A stretch of DNA of 60,670 nt, counting the filler, from Sphacelaria rigidula (lineage: Eukaryota), in assembly GCA_964200075.2 (NCBI GenBank). It is 4 parts of 4 records of this genome, joined end to end, with 100 filler letters (N's around TTAATTAATTAA, not from the genome) between each part and the next. Parts side by side here need not be neighbours in the genome. Positions count along the whole stretch, not along the records: positions 15,195 to 30,287 come from CAXNAA020001909.1; positions 30,388 to 45,480 come from CAXNAA020001910.1; 2 more parts are not named here. One strand, given 5' to 3'. Position 1 is the stretch's first letter. Each line of letters begins with the position of its first letter. This document shows positions 24,966 to 35,815 of this stretch, piece after piece. Under the pieces are notes generated by a model. That model worked only from the letters and a program-made list of their open reading frames with translations, had not been told where the DNA came from and did not search any database. The translations under genes and the position numbers were made by a program.

Positions 24966-27900
24966 TGTTTGCTCCCGCGTGGGTTTCAAGGGTGGGGTGT
25001 CGAAACGACATGCTTAATATACAGACAGCAGAGCACTAGAGCATCAGAGTCATTACAGCGAAATAACGGAGAGCAGCCGGTCCGAATCCTGGAATTGGAA
25101 GCCAACGCACGATACACTACAAAGTTATGCTCGACTGAATGACTTGGAAATGATCCCACGGTCACCTCATCCGTTCACTTAGCACGCAGTCGCTGGCGCA
25201 ATATTGTTTACGTCGCGCCCGCATCGCAAAACAGTCGATACGGCGAGGCAAACTGAAGCACAATGAAGGGTAACTGCAAAGTTTGTAAACGTTCTGGACA
25301 CTATCGATAGGACTCACTGCTGCATACATGCATGCCGTGAACAGCTGGCAGCCATTCCCTATTTTTGCAGCTGACACCCACAAAACAGTACATACCCTGA
25401 CAGCTGTCGAGCTCGTACACAGCAGAGGTTTCTCAAGCTCGAGGCTCCTGGTATATATAGCAGTGATTTACAGTAACGAATACAGGAGCTTCGAGTTTGG
25501 AATATCCCCAACGTTCCTGATTCGTTTGCTGCCCCTGGACACGGTATTGTTTCGAGTGAAAAGGATTCCGATTCATCAGATCACGTAACCTCACAGCCTT
25601 AGGATCAGGGAACTCATGAATCGGATCACCTTCCCTCTAACAATTACTCCGGAATATCCCGAAGGGACGACGCAACACTCCCGCTTACTGTTTTGTCCCG
25701 GAATGATTCGGAATGGCTCTTGTATCAGCATCCTGCATGCTAACAAGAAATATTCAAATATTTATTTTTTTGAATTACACCGAATGAGAGATTTGTTGAA
25801 CGGGATGACTTCCAGGACGCGGCACAGTACAGCACTCGGATAATATGGTTCGATGAAACATATACTCGACACCAGTGTGCCCACCCCGTGTATACTGGGT
25901 GGATTATATGCTGTAACACACGCTAACCCGATATATATATATATATGTATATATAAATACTTGTACTGGTACCCTAACCGCGCGACGTATTCGCTCTCAT
26001 ATGGCCCCAATATATGTATTGATCGGCCAATATGTTGCCACCCACGCGGCCCCGATATATATCGGTCGTGAAATATACCTTCGCCAACAATGCCCCATGT
26101 GTATTGATGGGGGAGTATGTGTGCAATCCCAGGGTACCAACATATATTGGGCGGGCAATATGTATTCAGTCCCACGACACCAATATATGTATATTGGGCG
26201 GGCAATTCGTGTGCAGTCCAAAGGTACCTATATATATATATATATATAATATATATATTACGCCCGCAATATACCACGATATTCCAGTATGATCGACTAA
26301 TATATATCGGTAGCATTTTGTATTCTCCAGGGTGTGCAACTGTCATCAGGTAGTCTATTTTGAGCACCGGAGACTACGAACAGTGTTTTTCTGAGTTGGT
26401 GCTACTCACGGTATTAACGGACACTTTTCAAAACCTGTCGCTAAAAAATATTGATGAGAGTCAAAATCCGCGGCGGGGTTGTCCTCGAGTACGGAGTTCG
26501 GAGAAGGACTACATGGTGCGGATGGATACTTGATGTTCGAGGCATGACTGCGGCACAGAGTGTGCGGTTCGACACGTGGTGGTATTGTATGTGCTTGGCA
26601 TAGCTCGGAGCACGGCATGTGGTTATCCGCATCTGCAGTGCTGGATGGTATGATACGCGGCGATTACGATGGCAGTACCTACCGCTGCAAGCACAATCCT
26701 CAGTACACAGCATTTCCAGGAGTTCTGCGGGCATGAGCAATTCCAACTTCGATGGTCATCGCGGAGGTACAGAAAAGCACTCAGAATCGACTCCGCAAAG
26801 CACAAACGGTGCAACTTGCGACTCTACCGTGGTGCCACTTTTCCTGTCGCAGATTTATTTTCAATTTGGAATAACGAAATAACAAGTCTGCCCTACCCAT
26901 ATGAGACTACACGACCCACCGCACACAAAAGGTCCTAATGACAACTAAAAAATCTGTTGTCACACCGATCTGTAAAGACACGAAGTAGCGAAAGTAACAA
27001 AACTGGCGGCGACCCCCCCCCCCCCCTGGTGGAATGCTCTATTCACGGTGTGCTCTTGTGACGCTGCCCTATTCATCGGTGCGAGCACTACACGTTTTCT
27101 TGTGCTCTCTGTTTGGCTGTGGTTGTTTCAATAAGTGGTGTGCAGGTTGAAGGGTTCGCTTCGGATGTGTTAGAGAACATATCCACCCACCTGCATCATC
27201 CTACATCCCAGACACGGTATTATCGTAAATATATGTCAAATATGTTGGACGAAAAGGTTCCGCGGGAAAAAAGTAGGCAAGAGTTAAGAGTGGGAAGATC
27301 GTAGATGTGGGCTGATCAAGTAGTAACAGACAACTCTATACATGAGGTTGTACACTAAAATGAGGTTCATGCCCCAAACAGTGCTTTTTCCACACCTTCA
27401 GCGATGGCGCCAAATAACCTTTGTGTCGGCCTAGTGCCCCTACATCGCGTACATACGTTTTCATCGCACTTTACCGGCTCTGTGAGCTTACAGCGTTAAA
27501 AACATATGTAAACGATCGAGGGGCATTCGGCCGTCAAAAAAGTCATTGGGCACGATCACTGTAAGTGTGAGGGAAACACTGTTTGGGGCTTGAACCCCCA
27601 TTTCAGTGTACAGCCTCATTCTTATAGTTGTCTGTTTAGTCGTGTCTCCTGGACATCTCAGCACTAGCATCGTGTATTGCCGGTCGTCGGAAGGTACCAC
27701 CTTTACCTTGTAGCCGTAGCACTTGAAGGGACTCATCGGGGGGCAGACACCTAGCGGGACCGATTGTTCGTTTCCAGATTTTTGGGAGCACGATATTCTA
27801 CATCTTCACGCAAAGTATGTACACGGCCAAGATCGTTTTTATCGTGCAGAAACCGCGCCTTCGTGATGGAGGCATGTCATACGTACGGGTGAAAAGCTTT

Positions 27901-29044
27901 GACAGTCAAGGCGTGTGCACTGTATATCCTTTTGTGAGGCTCTTGACGAGAAAGAGGAGAGAAGTCTAGACTACACGCGATCGGCAGCGTTTCACATGGT
28001 CAGAATTGCTACGCGTGTCTTACTCACGCGTCTATGTTACTGAACCGGTTCGAGGGTGGTCGTGTGAAGTGTTCACCTTTGCCGTCCGGTTCAAAGACGG
28101 TCATTAGACACGTGTGCTCGGTTCAAAGAGGGCCATGAGCGTCAAATGGATTGCTTGTCTCGGTGCATCTCGAGGTCTTACTAAGCAAATCCGAAATTCG
28201 CTGAACTGGGCGTGCCCCGGCGAAACTGGCCGCTGAGTTGTTGCCGATGGAACAGCACAGTACACAGGCCCGACCATGCAGAAAAGCGTCATCTGTGAAG
28301 CAATGCTATGATGAGAGTTGCACTTTTCGTTCCTGGGTCTCTTTTCTTGTAGAAGCACAAATATATGGCGATTACTGTGCAAACCAAATCTCCGGGGACA
28401 GGACTCCCAGAAACATGGTGTTTGCACGAGGGGGCCTTTTTTGAATCGGCACCATTTTCGATTTCAGCAAAAATGATGCCGATTGACAAAATGACCCAAC
28501 CAACACCCAGAGTAGTCCTAAGAAACCTTTTCTCTAGGGAAGTGCAACCCCCACCGTAGCATCACTCCACGCAAACGATGGTACCTTTCCCGAGTCCCCT
28601 GATTTGTGCAAACCACCCGACCTCTCGGAGGTATGCGTGACACCATTTTCCCTTCAATTAAGGCTCGGAAGTATGATATACTGGTCGTGCTGGTGTACGG
28701 CATTATTCGACCTCGAAGACACAGCTATTATGGCCCGCATACAACCAAACTGAAGGTCGAGAGTGGGTGCTTTGACCGACTACTTGTCGGGATTCCGGTT
28801 TTTCATGAGAGAATGCAATCCCCGACAAGCGTGCACAAGCGGGCTGCTCCTCGGCTCCAGGTCCGCCTTCGTGTATGGCATGCGTGGCGCACGGTTGAAG
28901 AATGCTTTGAGCGTAACGGAATTTCCGTTTGACAAAGATGATGAAGATAAGTGCAGCCTGCCACAGCAGCAGACAATGGAATCGCACTTAGCAGTAGGGG
29001 CAACCAAGCGGCGAGCGTCTTCAGTCTTATTGTCGCAATTTAGT

Positions 29045-29290
29045 ATGATGACATGTAAATATACGCGCGGCCGATCACTGTCGTTGCATTACACCCCTCT
29101 GCGAGAGGGCACCAATCGCTGGGCGTTCTCACTCGAGACTTCAACTTGGAGCATGACACGATATGTAAATATACGCGCGGCCGATCACTGTCGTTATAGA
29201 CCTGGGCGGCCGGAACTGACTCTGTCATCCTTGTGCATGGGCACCAAACGCTGGGCGCTCTCACCCAAGAATTCGATTTGAAGCACAATA
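29045..29290. repeat. Local tandem duplication
   Basis: ATGTAAATATACGCGCGGCCGATCACTGTCGTT and GGGCACCAA.CGCTGGGCG.TCTCAC each occur twice. Confidence 0.85.
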
Positions 29291-30214
29291 CTAGATGTAG
29301 ATCATCCTTGTATATCAGCGTCTCCGCGAGAGCACGTTTTTCATCATCTTGCACCAAATTCCACGATTGATCTCGAAGTATCACCACTATCACAATACAC
29401 GCGCGAGCCAGAGATGGACACAGAACACCTCTTCACTCCTGAGTGCCTGCTACGCAAATATGTTTTATACCTGTTTACCTCAAAACATAAGTGCCCAACT
29501 TGAGTAGCATTCCCGTTTATCTAGCACTCATTTGAACGATATGTCGTTGATACGGTAAAACTATCACCTATTCACTTTAGGAACACGGGCGGGATAATGC
29601 GTGTTCGCGCTCGAAGAGTACCTCAAACACATGCGGATATCGTCACCTTAGAACGTTTTTGCAACGGTTTTGTCGTGTATCGGCGAGTTTGCACCGATTG
29701 TCATGCATCTGCCGGTTTCCGTTGCGCCCCCCTCCCAAAAAAAACAAAATCACGGTGACGACCATTTTCATTGTGTCGTCTCAAGAGTGGTTCTACTAGT
29801 CGTATACTCTCGCGATGTATTCCTCCATTAGATGTGCAATGCACGCTACTTGAAGGTCTGGATCTCTTCCCCACCGTTGTCGCGTCCCGCCCGATTTTTT
29901 ACTCGTTCCTGACATCACACTCTGACCCCGGCGGAAGCAAGCAAATCATGCCACCCACACCATGTAGATGAGATACGAGTCGGTAAGCCCAAATACATGC
30001 GACGGAAACAAACACTATGCGACTCAAATTCGTCTGCAAAACTGGTTACACAAAGTATACATTGTGTTTGCAGTTCGGCACTGAACTAGAACAATATCTT
30101 CGTATCTGTTTTTACAGACGGTAGCCCTTTGGGTGGAAACACGTAAAACATACATACAGGGCGGCACGTGTGCGCGTGTTCTGAGATTTGGTAGAAGTGT
30201 ACACACCTCTCGAC

Positions 30215-30287
30215 ATGTACTCATGATCATGCATGCCATAGTCATACGACCATTGACCTCGCATCTCTACAAAGCCGGGACGGAGCA
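30215..30287 (-). mobile_element. LINE 3' end, cut by the segment boundary
   Basis: CATTGACCTCGCATC.CTACAAAGCCGGGACGGAG shared with 2550-2585. Confidence 0.65.
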
Positions 30288-30387
30288 NNNNNNNNNNNNN
30301 NNNNNNNNNNNNNNNNNNNNNNNNNNNNNNNTTAATTAATTAANNNNNNNNNNNNNNNNNNNNNNNNNNNNNNNNNNNNNNNNNNNN
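30288..30387. other. Artificial linker N44-TTAATTAATTAA-N44
   Basis: Identical to 15095-15194. Confidence 0.98.
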
Positions 30388-30600
30388 CTTGTACCCCGCG
30401 TCTTCATCTATGGACACTATTTCGTCTTGGTTTCCGCCAATCTCCTGCCACACTTTCTTGACTTCTTTATTCCACCTTACTCCAGCCTGCCTTATCGTAC
30501 TTTTCTCCCATACAGCCCTATCAACTATAGCTGACAATCTTCTTCTTTGCATGTTCTTTACGCTATACTGCCATCGCAATTTCCTCATGTCTCCGTTTGT
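30388..30600 (-). mobile_element. LINE ORF2 fragment (post-RT region)
   Basis: DMRKLRWQYSVKNMQRRRLSAIVDRAVW aligns with DMRRLRWKYSVKTGQRKRLPAMVEGAV at 54128-54215. Confidence 0.85.
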
Positions 30601-30879
30601 TGCAGGGAGGGGGGCAAGACAGACTTTGGTTGGAAAAGAAACCAGACGAACAGAAACCCTTCGCGGTAAGCCGATGAAAACTTCGCGGTGAGCGACTTTG
30701 ATGCGAATGTCCGACTCGTTGAAGGCTCGGTTTACCGAGAAACGAGGCATTCGTGCAGATCAGCACGTAAATCGTTTGGGCGCTAGATGGCATAGCTGGT
30801 CGAGCCCAGACTACCCACGAAAAAAACAAACGAAAAACACGTGCCCGCTGTCATGAAGCAATATCAAACGAGTCGGGGA

Positions 30880-31076
30880 AATCTGTAAGTATTCTTCGTA
30901 AATCTGGATGAGTATAAAAAGAGACTCCATATAGATCCCACACTTCACGTTCCCACCAATTAGCACGGGGGAAAAGGCTTACAACAGAAAAAATGGGGTT
31001 CATCTCATTTGTATGGGTTTTAACCCTAAGACGTACATTTATCTCAACTTGATAATTCATAAACAAATTCAAAACG
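30880..31076 (-). pseudogene. nad9: NUMT: mitochondrial nad9 fragment
   Basis: [10 protein letters not shown] (frameshift) [53 protein letters not shown] matches the complex I 30-kDa subunit signature. AT-rich codons, no intron. Confidence 0.93.
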
Positions 31077-31077
31077 T

Positions 31078-31253
31078 TATGGTGAACCCGCTTGGCCAAA
31101 TGATATATTTTATATGTTTCCAATTTGTATCTCGGGGACTTTTGCAATTGTTATTGGATTAGCTGTGATGGAACTTCAGCTGTAGGAGAAAAGGCAAATC
31201 CGTTTGCAACACCATCGGAAATTTTACCTGAGTGGTATTTTTTCCCGACATTT
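31078..31253 (+). pseudogene. petD: NUPT: plastid petD (cytochrome b6f subunit IV) fragment
   Basis: Hand translation: [32 protein letters not shown] (1-nt deletion) [34 protein letters not shown] and PEWY motifs present; missed by the ORF track. Confidence 0.95.
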
Positions 31254-31257
31254 CATT

Positions 31258-31305
31258 GAGGAAGATTTTACTAAAATTGTTTTGTTAGCTCCAGAGGTAA
31301 TATAG
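31258..31305 (+). pseudogene. rpl14: NUPT: 3' end of plastid rpl14
   Basis: EEDFTKIVLLAPEVI* matches the L14 C-terminus (F.KIVSLAPEV[LI]*); the stop abuts the rpl24 ATG as in the spc operon. Confidence 0.85.
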
Positions 31306-31455
31306 ATGCAAAAAAAATTAAAAAATATATATATTAGAAATCGTGAAAAAGTAAAAGTTATTTCTGGCCAGGATAAAGGAAAAAATGATACAGTAAAAAA
31401 AAAATCTTGTATAAAAAATCAAGTTATTATTAAAGGAATTAATATAAAAGTTAAA
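31306..31455 (+). pseudogene. rpl24: NUPT: 5' part of plastid rpl24
   Basis: MQKKLKNIYIRNREKVKVISGQDKGK...NQVIIKGINIKVK is the L24 KOW motif. Extremely A/T-rich and truncated. Confidence 0.85.
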
Positions 31456-31662
31456 AATAGGGGAGTAAGGGGCCACGGGGAAAAAAAAAAAAACACCGTT
31501 GATTGTCATGTCTCCAGGTGAAGCCAGCTTAGACTTCCTCGAGCATGCAGGCACACAAGCACACAAGCATACACGTAATCTTACACCACACATGAAAACG
31601 CGCAAGGTGCATGAACACACCTAACCGCACTCCACCAAGAACTACGAACAGCGAACACGAAC

Positions 31663-32085
31663 CTGCTGTACCGATCCTCCTTTCCCATTCCCGTCCACAC
31701 CGCCAAGAACTCCCGCCTGCCCCAACCCAAGCCCTAGCCCCACTCCCCCACCCCGGGCACCCCCCGCGCCGCCGCCGCCACCCCCCATCACCACCATTCC
31801 TCCCCTGCTGATGTCAAGCCCGCCCACACTTCCTCTCCCCAGGTCGAGCACGCTCATGTGGCCATTGCTGGTGGGGCCGCCAGCGGTGCTATTACCGGCG
31901 CTGCCACCAGCGCCAGCGCCGCCACTGCCACCACCGCCGGTACTATCCCCATCCCGTGGCTCGATGGACTTGGAGCGCGAATAGTTGATGTAGATCTTCT
32001 TGTTGCCGATTTTGGCCTCTTCGTCCTCCTCGAAATGTCGCATGGTTGCTTTCGCGATGCTCACGCTCGGTAATTGAACCAGCGC
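31663..32085 (-). CDS. PTB/hnRNP-L-like RRM protein, third visible exon
   Basis: Acceptor TTTACACAG|GCG; ALVQLPSVSIAKATMRHFEEDEEAKIGNKKIYINYSRSKSI (RRM beta3 to beta4) then a Gly-rich linker; donor CAG|GTTCGT. 423 nt, phase 0/0. Confidence 0.88.
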
Positions 32086-32654
32086 CTGTGTAAACGTCAT
32101 GTTCCAATTGGTGTATGTGAGTGTGTGCGCGCGCGTAGGGGGTGCAGAAGGTTGTCAGAAAATGATCAAGTTTGTACAAGTTGTGATAAGGGCTGTTATT
32201 AACGGGAGTTATTCTCCATACTTGTCATACATTTTCATATACCATAGTCACACTTTGCCTTCATTGTCATCCATTCAAGGATGGAAAAAATATATGAAAA
32301 AAAAACATTAATACCGCCCTTTAAGACGGTGTGGAACACGCATCTACTGCCTGTGCAAAGCTTCCGACATGCATGAACGCCAGGGAAGCTCAGCACAACC
32401 CTCTTGACAATATGTGTAGCCGCCAGCAAATACGTGGGAAATGTGGGAGGGGGGGGGAGGGACGGGGGGAAACACGGGGGGGCTAATTCCAAGAAAATTT
32501 CCAGCATCCTACATCACAACACGTTTGTCCCATGAATGCTTGACCCCCGATACAAGTCAGTCACGACCCAATACTTGTTTCAAGGATTGACGGTATTCGA
32601 AAATCACAACACACAACCCATTTCTCAGTTTCCTCGGCCTGTCTGTGACTTCAC

Positions 32655-32720
32655 CTGCCCACTGAACATCTTCACCTTCTCCACAGCACCAAAACAGCTT
32701 AGCAGCGACAGCAAGTCACC
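32655..32720 (-). CDS. PTB/hnRNP-L-like RRM protein, 66-nt exon
   Basis: CTGGCAG|GGT...CAG|GTGAAG; GDLLSLLSCFGAVEKVKMFSGQ supplies helix 1 and beta2 and joins the flanking exons in phase 0. Confidence 0.85.
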
Positions 32721-33332
32721 CTGCCAGTCATGGCCATCAACAAAGTCACAAGCATGGGACAAACACGAGATGCATGTATTTGAGGTGGCATCATGGGTCA
32801 GCGAGGCGGGGAGGGTTGGGGTGGGGAGAGTCACTTTTCCAAAAGTACCGGTACTACGGCTGTGCCAAGGTTTTTGATACGGGTACATATTGATACGGGT
32901 ACATGTCAAGGGCTTCGCGACGATTATAGCCATTTGACCGCGACGCCCATTTTCGGAACAACATCTGCTGACTGGCAGTCACACGGAACAATTTCTTCAG
33001 ACGAGAGGGTGTTATTGGCGCTTTCAGGCAATAGGGAAACACAACATTCATAACAACCGCATACTGACTTTTTATTTGCTGTTACGATGCCATAATGCAT
33101 CATATATGACGAGTGCTCGGTGGGTCCACCAGCCGAGTGGGCTGGTGTGTCCACGTTCGCGTGCGGAGAGATAGTCCGACTGTTTTGTCTCCAGAAGTCA
33201 ACAAAACTCGGCTTCGCCCCGTCGTCGAGAAAAAGAGCTTGCAGAAAGATGCACCAATCCTCGGTGTCTTGTCTCCGCATACCCGTGTTTGGTTGGGTGG
33301 GCGATGATTCAAATCGGGTCCTACTTTCCATG

Positions 33333-33486
33333 CCGTTTCTCGGTGAGCAGGAACCGATCGTCAATGAACACCTGCCCGTGCTTGGTGATCAAATAGTACC
33401 GTCTGATCACCCCGTTTCTCGGTGAGCAGGAACCGATCGTCAATGAACACCTGCCCGTGCTTGGTGATCAAATAGTACCGTCTGAT
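33333..33486. repeat. Exact 75-bp tandem duplication
   Basis: 33333-33407 is identical to 33412-33486, with a 4-nt spacer. Confidence 0.95.
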
Positions 33487-33810
33487 GGACGGGGTACCAT
33501 AACATCTACGTCTATATGTGTACATTGCTTATTGAGTATCACTTTTGTAACAATCAGTGTATCTTCATGTCGACTCTTTTTGTCAAAAATAATTAGATAA
33601 ATCTAAGGGGTGAGCACCAGCTGCGGCTGGTGTATCCACTCCGCCTGAACCCGTTTGGATCAATCCTATCAATCATTGTAAATACCCCTTGCTAGCTTCA
33701 TCGTTTAGCGATACTACACGTACAGATTAACCCCCCCTGCCAAGGTTGAAATCGACACAAGGATTACTCTCTTTTGAGCACTCACAGACGGACATACCTG
33801 AGGGGTCAAA

Positions 33811-34425
33811 GGGTTCACGCACGTCCACGTCAAATTTACCGTGGGACGGGACCCCGTGGCAGTATCCTGGTGTCGGCCGCGGGATTGCGTGTGAGGGCAT
33901 GGCCTCGTGGGCATTTGCAGCAGAGGGCAGCCGAGAGTAGAGATGGTACGACAGTACATACAGCACAGCGTGTGGTGTGGTGGTGCGGAACAACGGGTCG
34001 TATTCGGTCGTATGGAGGATGGTGGTACAGCAACACTGCCGTCTGCATTGGAGGGATGGTCGGGCATGCTGTGCCTGCTGTGTCGCACAACCAACATCAG
34101 AGACCTCTCAACGGGTTCACGTACGTCCACGTCAGATTTCACCGTGAGACTCTGTGCCAGTATTCCCATGCGGCCGCGGGCTAACGGGTGAGGACATGGC
34201 CCCGTGCGTATTTTCAGCAGAGTGCAGCCAAGAGTAGAGAAGGAACGACAGTACATACAGCACAGCGCGTGGTGTGGTCCGTCGGGATAATGGGCCGTAC
34301 TCGGTCGTATTGGGGGGTGGTGGAACTGGAAACTGGTACGGTACGCAGCAACACTGCTGGCTGTATTGGAGGGTTGGTAGGGCATGCTGCGCCTGACTGT
34401 ATCGCACAACCGACATCAGAGACCC
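33811..34425. repeat. Diverged tandem duplication, ~302-bp period
   Basis: GGGTTCACG.ACGTCCACGTCA.ATTT at 33811 and 34113; ACGACAGTACATACAGCACAGCG.GTGGTGTGGT in both units. Confidence 0.9.
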
Positions 34426-35074
34426 CGAGGTAGCAGCAAAAAAGCCGCCCAACTGCCCGGGCGTGGTCGAACCACAGTGAAAGGAGTGACGGTCACTTCC
34501 TACTCCGCGGCCGTATCGGTGTCAAGTCCCGAGAAACGTGAACACGGCGCTCCATGTTTCCACTGCTGCTGCCATGACAACGAGCACAGAACAACGCAAG
34601 GGCCATGCATCATGACATAACACGAAGACAAAATACTCCCCCCACCCAACCCCCACCCCCATTACTACATACAATCCACGTTTCTCCCCGACAACTAACA
34701 GCATGCGTTGAAGATTTTGTCCGCACGCGTCCGGCCTACATTTGAAACACCACGGAACCATACCCGCGCTCGTCGCCTGTAGCACGTACACCCCCAACCA
34801 TATACGCGACGCCCTTCAGCTGTTCAGCAACAGTCAGTGGTGTGTCTTGAGTACATGCATGTACTGCTGTTGGTGCAGTCACGTCGGGCGCTGAAAGGGT
34901 TAATTCGACCGGCAGGGTGGGGCTTCGACATCGGTTTTCACTTGAAAATTGACTCAAGGCCAACGTGATCAATTGACCCGTTGACCCCCGGTTATGCCCA
35001 TATATGGCATCGGTATGTTCGTGTTCACCTGAAAAAAATGGAAGGTTTACGTTGTCCGTCTGCGGGGACCTTGA

Positions 35075-35172
35075 CCCTTAGACCGCGAGGTTGGTCTTCT
35101 GTTGATTCGACATCAATTTCAAGTGAAAATAAGTATGCATGATTCAGAAAGGCTAATCTCGCGGTCTAAGGG
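35075..35172. mobile_element. 98-bp piggyBac-like MITE
   Basis: Perfect 15-bp TIR CCCTTAGACCGCGAG / CTCGCGGTCTAAGGG, flanked by TTGA and TTAA. Confidence 0.85.
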
Positions 35173-35176
35173 TTAA

Positions 35177-35279
35177 CCGTAAGACCGCGAGGAGGCGGGG
35201 TCACCTGCTGAATCGGCATCATTTCACTCGAGAGAAGCACGCATGATCCAGATGGACAACCCGCACCGCGGTTCAAGGG
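35177..35279. mobile_element. 103-bp piggyBac-like MITE sharing a TTAA with the previous copy
   Basis: TTAA|CCGTAAGACCGCG...CGCGGTTCAAGGG|TTAA. Confidence 0.85.
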
Positions 35280-35525
35280 TTAAACGATCGAACTTTGACC
35301 CTTTACCCTTTGAGTACGAGAGTCAGTCATATGGCCTTGCCGTCGTTTTTCAAGTGAAATTGGTTCAACAGATGACTTGTACTCGCAGTAGAAGGGCTGA
35401 ACCATGGTGGAATCAATCATCGTAGTAGGGGTCCCAGCACTTCAGGGGTCAAATGAATGAATGATTCATCTGTAAATTACTTTATTTTAGTGTGACTGAT
35501 TTGTACGGTACGATTCAATCCTCAA

Positions 35526-35627
35526 CTCTTAGACCGCGGTGCGGGTAGTCCATCTGGATCACGCAGAATTTCACCAAGAGAAAATTGATACCAATTCAGG
35601 TAGTGACCTACCCTCGCGGTCTAAGGG
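35526..35627. mobile_element. 102-bp piggyBac-like MITE, inverted relative to 35177-35279
   Basis: TCAA|CTCTTAGACCGCG...CGCGGTCTAAGGG|TTGA. Confidence 0.8.
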
Positions 35628-35634
35628 TTGAGCT

Positions 35635-35815
35635 TTGTTTTTAGCGTTGTAACCCAGGTACGCGCAGCCCAGTCACGTGGAATGGCAAGAATTGCGTGGA
35701 GACTTTTTTTACCAGCGGTCAGCTTTCTACCTCTTTCGAGCAATCAGGTCTGAAAAATCGTAGATTTGGTGATTCGAACCGGCGATGATTTGCCCGAATC
35801 GTGCAGCATTTTGCC
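35635..35815. repeat. Dispersed repeat, paralogous to 52070-52260
   Basis: AGCGTTG.A.CCCAGGTACGCGCA...CACGTGGAAT...CTTTCGA.C.ATCAG..CT shared between the two sites. Confidence 0.75.

Noticed and set aside
30735-30820. Group II intron domain V/VI-like hairpin (AAACGA...CGTGC/GCACG...TCGTTT...CTACCC)
   Set aside because: Lacks the AGC/CGC catalytic triad spacing and the GNRA loop of domain V.
30851-31521. Functional nuclear-encoded Nad9 or L24 genes (ORFs 30851..31147 and 31306..31521)
   Set aside because: Both are truncated, frameshifted or fused to unrelated sequence, keep organellar codon bias and have no targeting peptide. The 5' part of the nad9 ORF is really antisense petD.
33333-33486. 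Exact 75-bp duplication as a functional element or LTR pair
   Set aside because: No internal sequence, TG..CA ends or TSD; a recent slippage duplication or assembly artefact.
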